Origin: Macrostomum lignano
Taxonomy: Eukaryota
NCBI GenBank assembly: GCA_002269645.1
Contig: NIVC01001399.1
Span: forward strand, 124,001-188,000
Direction: 5' to 3'
DNA length: 64,000 nt
This document shows, one piece after another, positions 55,360-64,000 of the stretch. The notes under the pieces are model-generated. The model did not search any database. It saw only the letters and a program-made list of their open reading frames with translations, and was not told the origin of the DNA. Numbering within the stretch: position 1 is the first letter of the stretch; the number at the start of each line of letters is the position of its first letter. The position numbers were made by a program, and so were the translations under genes.

Positions 55360-56698
55360 AAAGAGTGCTGTTATGGAGTGAGTGCTGTCATAGAGTGCTG
55401 TTATGGACTGAGTGCTGTCATAGAGTGCTGTTATGGAGTCAGTGCTGTCATAGAGTGCTGTTATGGAGTCAGTGCTGTCATAGAGTGCTGTTATGGAGTC
55501 AGTGCTGTCATAGAGTGCTGTTATGGAGTGAGTGCTGTCATAGAGTGCTGTTATGGAGTCAGTGCTGTCATAGAGTGCTGTTATGGAGTGAGTGCTGTCA
55601 TAGAGTGCTGTTATGGAGTCAGTGCTGTCATAGAGTGCTGTTATGGAGTGAGTGCTGTCATAGAGTGCTGTTATGGAGTGAGTGCTGTCATAGAGTGCTG
55701 TTATGGAGTGAGTGCTGTCATAGAGTGCTGTTATGGAGTGAGTGCTGTCATAGAGTGCTGTTATGGAGTCAGTGCTGTCATAGAGTGCTGTTATGGAGTG
55801 AGTGCTGTCATAGAGTGCTGTTATGGAGTGAGTGCTGTCATAGAGTGCTGTTATGGAGTGAGTGCTGTCATAGAGTGCTGTTATGGAGTGAGTGCTGTCA
55901 TAGAGTGCTGTTATGGAGTGAGTGCTGTCATAGAGTGTTGTTATGGAGTCAGTGCTGTCATAGAGTGCTGTTATGGAGTCAGTGCTGTCATAGAGTGCTG
56001 TTATGGAGTGAGTGCTGTCATAGAGTGTTGTTATGGAGTGAGTGCTGTCATAGAGTGCTGTTATGGAGTGAGTGCTGCCATAGAGTGCCGTTATGGAGTG
56101 AGTGCTGTCATAGAGTGCCGTTAAGGAGTGAGTGCTGTCATAGAGTGCTGTTATGGAGTCAGTGCTGTCATAGAGTGCTGTTATGGAGTGAGTGCTGTCA
56201 TAAAGTGCTGTTATGGAGTCAGTGCTGTCATAGAGTGCTGTTATGGAGTCAGTGCTGTCATAGAGTGCTGTTATGGAGTCAGTGCTGTCATAGAGTGCTG
56301 TTATGGAGTGAGTGCTGTCATAGAGTGCTGTCATGGAGTGAGTGCTGTCATAGAGTGCTGTTTTGGAGTGAGTGCTGTCATAGAGTGCTGTTATGGAGTG
56401 AGTGCTGTTAAGGAGTGAGTGCTGTCATAGAGTGCTGTTATGGACTGAGTGCTGTCATAGAGTGCTGTTATGGACTGAGTGCTGTCATAGAGTGCTGTCA
56501 TAGAGTGCCGTTAAGGAGTGAGTGCTGTCATAGAGTGCCGTTAAGGAGTGAGTGCTGTCATAGAGTGCCGTTAAGGAGTGAGTGCTGTCATAGAGTGCCG
56601 TTAAGGAGTGAGTGCTGTCATAGAGTGCTGTCATAGAGTGCTGTTATGGACTGAGTGCTGTCATAGAGTGCTGTTATGGACTGAGTGCTGTCATAGAG
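55360..56698. repeat. 30-bp minisatellite (AGTGCTGTCATAGAGTGCTGTTATGGAGTG)n
   Basis: Visible; unit built from two related subrepeats. Confidence 0.97.
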
Positions 56699-57258
56699 TA
56701 ATATATAAATATGCACGCATAATTTAAAAAATAAAATCAATTTCCGACCTTCAATTGTCAGTCCGTTCCGCTTATTTTGAGCATCGTCAGACGCTGGAAT
56801 CTGCTGCATCATCAACTTATGATATTAACCTAATTACTATACTGAAAAAAATATTTAGATGCAGGTGACCAGACCAGTTTAAACGAAGTTATAACTGAGC
56901 TATATTGAGCAGACCTACATAGCAAATAATATGCTTAAAAACTTGACAGAAGGTGGAGGGAAAGGTGTAGATGAAGAACTGGTAGCTGAGATGCGCTGCC
57001 GAGGCTAGCATATAGAGACAGGACAGAACCTATGCATACGGCTAGGGGTTATTTATCTATCTAACTCATTGCAGTGAGCAGTGCAAAGTAAGAAAATCTG
57101 TACAGAGCCGAGACGACATCAGGGTGCGAGCCATCTCTCCTGTCAGTGCGCAGAAACGAATAATGGAAAAGCGCTGCAGAACCCCCCCCCCACCGCTGCA
57201 ACTGCGTTTTAAATAATTAATCTTTGTTATACTGCGCTCCAGTCTTTTCTACGACTAC

Positions 57259-59439
57259 CAGGGGCGTCGCCATTGGATTTTATAGAATTAGAGGTTAGAT
57301 GTTAGACAAAGCCAAGATTTCTATATTACAGGACTAAATTCCTACAATTTTTTGGGAAGCAGTATTGTTTAGCTCTCAATTTGGCGCCACAGGCACTCAT
57401 TTTGGCGCCGCAGGCACTCATTTTGGCGCCGCAGACACTCATTTTGGCGCTGCAGGCACTCATTTTAGCGCCGCAGGCACTCATTTTGGCGCCGCAGGCA
57501 CTCATTATGGCGCTACAGGCACTCATTTTGGCGCCACAGGCACTCATTTTGGCGCCGCAGGCACTCATTTTGGCGCCGCAGGCACTCATTATGGCGCCAC
57601 AGGCACTCATTTTGGCGCCGCAGGCACTCATTATGGCGCCACAGGCACTCATTTTGGCGCCACAGGCACTCATTTTGGCGCCGCAGGCACTCATTTTGGC
57701 GCCGCAGGCACTCATTATGGCGCCACAGGCACTCATTTTGGCGCCGCAGGCACTCATTATGGCGCCACAGGCTCTCACTTTGGCGCCGCAGGCACTCATT
57801 TTGGCGCCGCAGGCACTCATTATGGCGCCACAGGCACTCATTTTGGCGCCGCAGGCACTCATTATGGCGCCACAGGCACTCATTTTGGCGCCGCAGGCAC
57901 TCATTTTAGCGCCGCAGGCACTCATTTTAGCGCCGCAGGCACTCATTTCAGCGCCGCAGGCACTCATTTTGGCGCCGCAGGCACTCATTATGGCGCCACA
58001 GGCACTCATTTTGGCGCCGCAGGCACTCATTATGGCGCCACAGGCACTCATTTTGGCGCCGCAGGCACTCATTTTAGCGCCGCAGGCACTCATTTTAGCG
58101 CCGCAGGCACTCATTTTGGCCCCGCCAACATTTTTTGGCGCCGCAGGCACTCATTTTAGCGCCGCAAGCACTCATTTTAGCGCTGCAGGCACTCATTTTA
58201 GCGCCGCAAGCACTCATTTTAGCGCCGCAAGCACTCATTTTAGCGCTGCAGGCACTCATTTTGGCCCCGCCAACACTTATTATGGCGCCGCAGGCACTCA
58301 TTTTAGCGCCGCAGACGGGCGCTATCATTTCGGCGCCTCAAACAGGCACTCATTTTGGCGCCGCAGGCACTCATTTTGGCGCCGCAGACACTCATTTTGG
58401 CGCTGCAGGCACTCATTTTAGCGCCGCAGGCACTCATTTTGGCGCCGCAGGCACTCATTATGGCGCTACAGGCACTCATTTTGGCGCCACAGGCACTCAT
58501 TTTGGCGCCGCAGGCACTCATTTTGGCGCCGCAGGCACTCATTATGGCGCCACAGGCACTCATTTTGGCGCCGCAGGCACTCATTATGGCGCCACAGGCA
58601 CTCATTTTGGCGCCACAGGCACTCATTTTGGCGCCGCAGGCACTCATTTTGGCGCCGCAGGCACTCATTATGGCGCCACAGGCACTCATTTTGGCGCCGC
58701 AGGCACTCATTATGGCGCCACAGGCTCTCACTTTGGCGCCGCAGGCACTCATTTTGGCGCCGCAGGCACTCATTATGGCGCCACAGGCACTCATTTTGGC
58801 GCCGCAGGCACTCATTATGGCGCCACAGGCACTCATTTTGGCGCCGCAGGCACTCATTTTAGCGCCGCAGGCACTCATTTTAGCGCCGCAGGCACTCATT
58901 TCAGCGCCGCAGGCACTCATTTTGGCGCCGCAGGCACTCATTATGGCGCCACAGGCACTCATTTTGGCGCCGCAGGCACTCATTATGGCGCCACAGGCAC
59001 TCATTTTGGCGCCGCAGGCACTCATTTTAGCGCCGCAGGCACTCATTTTAGCGCCGCAGGCACTCATTTTGGCCCCGCCAACATTTTTTGGCGCCGCAGG
59101 CACTCATTTTAGCGCCGCAAGCACTCATTTTAGCGCTGCAGGCACTCATTTTAGCGCCGCAAGCACTCATTTTAGCGCCGCAAGCACTCATTTTAGCGCT
59201 GCAGGCACTCATTTTGGCCCCGCCAACACTTATTATGGCGCCGCAGGCACTCATTTTAGCGCCGCAGACGGGCGCTATCATTTCGGCGCCTCAAACAGGC
59301 ACTTATTTTGGGGCCGAAAGCGCTATGAAGCAAAACTATTGATTTCCATAAGGGGTCACAAGGTGTGGTGGGAGACAATTAAAGTATTGGCATGTCCCCC
59401 CATACATGTGGGGACATGCTTTTACTGGGGACGCCACTG
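57259..59439. mobile_element. Non-autonomous hAT-like DNA element filled with a 21-bp minisatellite (GGCACTCATTTTGGCGCCGCA)n
   Basis: TIRs CAGGGGCGTCGCCA / TGGGGACGCCACTG; 8-bp flanks ACGACTAC / ACGACTAA; internal array 57381-59300. Confidence 0.8.
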
Positions 59440-60264
59440 ACGACTAATGTTTATAATGTTTATATTGTTTTATTGTTTATAATGTTTGTAATGTTTATAA
59501 ATAAACTGAAGTTGGTTAGTTTCTAGCAAATGTTTTGTTAAAGAAAATATTATCTCTCTAAACAACAAGCAAAGGTTAACTCCCGGACATTAAGAATGGA
59601 TCGACATATAAGAACCAATAAGAAATTACATGGCTTCTACATGTCTGAATAATTAACAAGCATTAGAGTTGAAGTTAATGAACTTACTACTAGGTTACTG
59701 TTAACTTCAGTAGTATGTAGCTTAAATAAAGCGTTTCTTTTTTCCAGCGATCTCTATTTTTTCTGGCTATCGGGGGTACACGGATCTACTTAAGCGAAAA
59801 TTGAACCAAAGTACTGCATTCAAATTGACGCCACAAAAGTTTAATGAAATAGTTTATAAGATGAATAAGTACAACTACGGTTTTCAGGCGAATAATTAGT
59901 CAATGGAAAACTAACTTGATCTGGTGCTACTATATAGCGGCGAGTTTAAAAAAATGAAAACAACTACGAGTATAACAAATAGAGTGCTAGATAAAACAAA
60001 AACGATTTTGGTCAAATGAAGCAAACATTAGTAAGAGATAATGAGTTCGCAGACTCGCTAATAAGGCCAACAGAAAGGATAATCAAATAACAAATAAATT
60101 CTCGACTAGATTTCCCTTGCATGCGCAAATTAATTTAGATTGTTCTGCAAGGAAACAATTTTAAATCGGTGCCAAAAACTACGAGTACAAGTCAGCAAAG
60201 CCCCCCTGCTGTGAGTTAACTACTTTTTCTTAGACTGTGGCTATACCTAGCTTGAATTACCATC

Positions 60265-61422
60265 TCAGTCAGTCTTCCCGGTGACTTTTCCGTTACTACT
60301 AACAGCGGCATTATTGTCCGCCAAGTCGTCGTCATCCTCAACTTCATTATTGTCGGACATCTCCGAATCCGAGCGGATGTCTCCATCAGTCTGGCCGGTG
60401 CGCAGCAGGTACAACACGATGCGGAATATGTAGTAGGTCCAGACACAGTGCAACACCTGCAGCAGCACAAACATGCCAACGAACATATAGTAGACAAGAC
60501 AGGGTGGAATCTCCAGCGCTGGTAGACTGTGGGCGTACACTGAGTACACTACTCGGATTGGTAGAGCTACTAGCCTAGACAGGACCCAGACGATGAGAAA
60601 CACGCCGAAAGTGGCGTCGCTCAATTTCTGAGCACCCAGGTATTTTGCCAGCTTGCCAAACGACAGGAGGGGATCTACGGCGTCATGAATGACGAGTGTT
60701 AAAAGGCCAACCCTGGTGAAGTTGAACGCCCACGACAGCAAGATCAAACCAATTGTAACCAGATGATGAGCTGTCAGTTCGTAGAAATCTTTTCGTTTGA
60801 TATCGGCTGTCAGAGTGATTAGGGAGGAAGCGTAGAAGCCCAGTTCGAGCATGTAGTACCAGAAGGCCGCTCGGCTGAGATGGTGCTGCGGCCAGTCAAG
60901 CCACAGGTGGCGGCTGTCCCAGAAGTGCGGCTCGTTCCACTGCAGCACGAGGCCATAGGTGACGAACACGGTGTAGTAGATGAGGTACCAGCTGCACTCG
61001 GTGAATCGAGCCAATTGAGTCGGTTTGTCGCGATTCCTTCGCAACCGAAGCCAGTTTTCTACGGATCTCTCGCTGACGTTAGCCGTCCTAGCCAGCTCCT
61101 TCAGCTCGGCAGGTGCCAGGCGCCTTCGATGGCCCAGCAACGGTTCCAGAAGTCGCGTTCGAGCGGCGAACCAGCCCGGCAAGCGGACGCGGCGATCGGA
61201 CAGTTTCAAGCGCTGTCCAAGTGGCTTAAGCAAACTGTAGTGCAGCAGGCCTCGGAGGAGAAGCATCAGAATGGTGCACAGCACTCCGTAGAACCACAGG
61301 TCCGACAGTTGAGGCCGAGACACGCCCGGCACTACGGCTTTGAACTTGTGCCACGGGTATGGATCGCGCAGCCACAGCCACCACGCTGGAGGCTGCTCTG
61401 GTGACCCATTGGAGGAAGACAT
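60265..61422 (-). CDS. CERS: Ceramide synthase (LASS/CerS) with Hox-like domain and TLC domain, intronless
   Basis: Lag1p motif RKDFYELTAHHLVTIGLILLSWAFNFTRVGLLTLVIHDAVDPLL; Hox-like LKELARTANVSERSVENWLRLRRNRDKP; acidic C-terminal DIRSDSE. Confidence 0.95.
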   Translation of the reverse strand: MSSSNGSPEQPPAWWLWLRDPYPWHKFKAVVPGVSRPQLSDLWFYGVLCTILMLLLRGLLHYSLLKPLGQRLKLSDRRVRLPGWFAARTRLLEPLLGHRRRLAPAELKELARTANVSERSVENWLRLRRNRDKPTQLARFTECSWYLIYYTVFVTYGLVLQWNEPHFWDSRHLWLDWPQHHLSRAAFWYYMLELGFYASSLITLTADIKRKDFYELTAHHLVTIGLILLSWAFNFTRVGLLTLVIHDAVDPLLSFGKLAKYLGAQKLSDATFGVFLIVWVLSRLVALPIRVVYSVYAHSLPALEIPPCLVYYMFVGMFVLLQVLHCVWTYYIFRIVLYLLRTGQTDGDIRSDSEMSDNNEVEDDDDLADNNAAVSSNGKVTGKTD

Positions 61423-62769
61423 GCTTTTGGTTTCCGGGTTACCCGATCAAGTCCGAATCTAGAGTTTGGAATGAAACGTTGACTTATAATATACGACTAG
61501 AGATCTGGATTTATGAATCAACGCGAGCAGTGTAAACGGGTAAATGCAGCTTGGCTAATGTGTCGTGCATTTGCACGCAGGTAAGACGTGAACATTTTAT
61601 ACAGTCAAAAGATTGTTAATTCTTTGGACTAACTTTAGGCCTTAGTTCTTATCGGTACGTGCTTATAAGTCACTACATGTACCTGTATGACATGACCGCC
61701 CAACATTCGTGTGTCCATGCCATCATGCGCGACTTAAGACTGACCCCCCCCCCCTAGATCGAGATGCGATAAGCTGTTCTTATCCAGTGTATTATTACGG
61801 TTCAAGTAAATACAAATTACTACGAGTGTATCAGATATATATTCACAACTTTCCACTTACAAATTGATATCGATCCGATTTGATACAACTGCGTAGCAAA
61901 CTAACGAACTCGGTGTATAATTAACAGTCAACTCCAAACAGCTGAGATATATTTTGGTCGATCTAAAGAAGGGGAAGAGTGGAAAAGACAAGAGATTTCT
62001 TTCGGCTTGGCTTGCCACTTAAGTACGAGCTGCGTATGCGTTTCACGTTGCACTTCGAGTGAGCAACCCCCCTTGCACATGTAAGCTAAGCTACAATGTA
62101 GATCTCTACCGGCAACTCCACCTGACTACCTAAGAGGTACAATCAAACCTAAGCTAATGCAGCAGTGACTGTACTTGTTGGTAGCCATACAGCTAGTACA
62201 TAGAAAGATTTTTGCAAAAAGGAAAGCATTAAGTATAATTAACGACTCACTTTTTTCGCACGGTCGGGTTTCGCTCCCACGGCACTCAGTGTAAAAATGA
62301 CTTCTATATTTTATAAACTGTTGTACAGTACGAGAATGTAAAAATGAAATCATATTTTTCGGCATTCAGAGCAGATTTATAAGAGCAAAATTGAAAGGAG
62401 AGAGAGAGAGAGAGAGACAGAGCTAAGAGCGGGGACACGACCTCTATACCTACGCCTGTATTTCATTCTTCACGCAGTTTTACTGCAGAGTGCCATTGCC
62501 ACACTGAACCCGCACGTACACAAAGCCATACAATCTGTAAGTCTTATTGAATGTAAAACCGGATTTATCCGAACAACACTGACTATTTGCTGTGCTAAGG
62601 ACCGGCACAGGTAGAAAGTGGTGCGCAGACAGAGCCTACTGAACAGAGAAGCAGTCTACTATCTTCCAATCTTTCAAATGGCTTCTCGTTAGGTATACAA
62701 CAAATGCATACTCACGGAAATCTCTTACATTTACCAATTTGCAATTTTCACATGCGGCTAAATAATCAG

Positions 62770-63480
62770 AATTCAGCGACTGATGATCTGGGAGGCTTGC
62801 CCAGCAACTGAAGATTTAAGAGGCTGACCCTGCAACTGAGAATCTGGGATTCTGGTGGCCCAGCAACTGGGGATCTTGAAGGCTGGTTCAGGAACTGAGG
62901 ACCTGGGAAGCTGGTCCTGCAACTGACACTCTGGAAGGCTGGTTCAGGAACTGAGGACCTGGGAAGCTGGTCCTGCAACTGACACTCTGGAAGGCTGGTT
63001 CAGCAACTGAGGATCGAGAGGCTGGCACAGCAACTGACACTCTGGGAGCTAGGTTGCCTTAGCAACTGAGGATCTGGGAGGTTGCCCCAGCAACTGAGGA
63101 TCTGGGAGCTAGGTTGCCTTAGCAACTGAGGATCTAGGAGGCTGGCCCAGCAACTGAGGATCTGGGAGCTAGGTTGCCTTAGCAACTGAGGATCTGGGAG
63201 CTAGGTTGCCTTAGCAACTGAGGATCTGGGAGGCTGGCCCAGCAACTGAGGATCTGGGAGGCTGGCCCAGCAACTGAGGATCTGGGAGGCTGGCCCAGCA
63301 ACTGAAGATTTAGGAGGCTGGCTCAGCAACAGAGGATTTAGGAGACTGGCTCAGCAACTGAGGATTTAGGAGGCTGGCCCAGCAACTGATGATTTAGGAG
63401 GCTGGCCCAGCAACTGAAGATTTAGGAGGCTGGCCCAGCAACTGAGGATCTGGGAGGCTGTCTCAGTAACTGAGGCTCTG
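62770..63480 (-). repeat. 28-bp minisatellite, same family as 34812-35484, opposite strand
   Basis: CAGCAACTGAGGATCTGGGAGGCTGGCC is the reverse complement of the 34.8-kb unit; more diverged units at the ends. Confidence 0.92.
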
Positions 63481-64000
63481 GAAAGTAGACAAACTTACAT
63501 AAAATATAATCTATTGTTTAGTACAATGAATCAACAAAGAGTGCTAACAGGTCTAAAATATGTAACTCCGAGTCGTAGCTTAAATGTGTGGCAAATATCT
63601 ACAGTCAACTAAAGCCCTGGGTTTAACAAGGGTTTGACAAGTAATAAATATTTAGAAAAGTACAAATAACGTGAATCGAGAAGACAGTAAGCAAATCAAC
63701 TTTTTTACACTACTTTGGCATATAGCACAAATATAGAAACACACAAGCATAACTGCCAGTTATTTTGGCGTAGTTTATTTGTTGACATAACTCATATGAA
63801 TTATAAAAGCTACTAAAAACTCGTGACATTATTACTTACAATAGTAGCGAGAGCGAAATTGCCTTAAAACAGTTATATATCGTCAATTAGCAACAACTAT
63901 TAAAATGCTGGAAAACCACCGAGACATCAGACCAGAGCAAAGAGATAGGGAAAACGTAGCTGTGAAAGTTGAAGGGAGAGATAAAGGGAGAGCTAAAAAG

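Noticed and set aside
55273-59440. Long ORFs (TALYDSTHSI, APQALIL, GTHFGAA, AKMSACG repeats) as repetitive proteins
   Set aside because: Open in several frames and on both strands, because unit lengths are multiples of 3 and lack stops. No splice or start context; one array lies inside a TIR element.

Overview
Eukaryotic (animal) genomic DNA with GT-AG introns, GC-rich poly-Q/poly-A exons, and a very heavy load of minisatellites and small transposons. The style suggests a free-living flatworm such as Macrostomum, which is an inference only. Genes recognised by manual exon assembly: a divergent ionotropic glutamate receptor-like gene (<1-9561, +); an i-type lysozyme (-); a Kelch-repeat protein; a small secreted acidic protein; an intronless REEP1-4-like gene; a 16-exon multi-pass membrane protein resembling plant NEF1 (21827-37918); tRNA-Gly(GCC); a tailless/TLX (NR2E1) nuclear receptor with a greatly lengthened D-box; an orphan class A GPCR; one unassigned coding exon; and an intronless Hox-domain ceramide synthase. 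Mobile DNA includes a LOA/I-type LINE remnant with RNase H, five copies of one tRNA-derived SINE, two hAT-like elements with 8-bp TSDs, a 1.2-kb non-autonomous retro-insertion with a 16-bp TSD, and a Tc1 fragment. Most longer introns carry their own private, often palindromic, minisatellite. Most long ORFs in the supplied track are repeat artefacts. Family assignments rest on remembered motifs, not on database searches.
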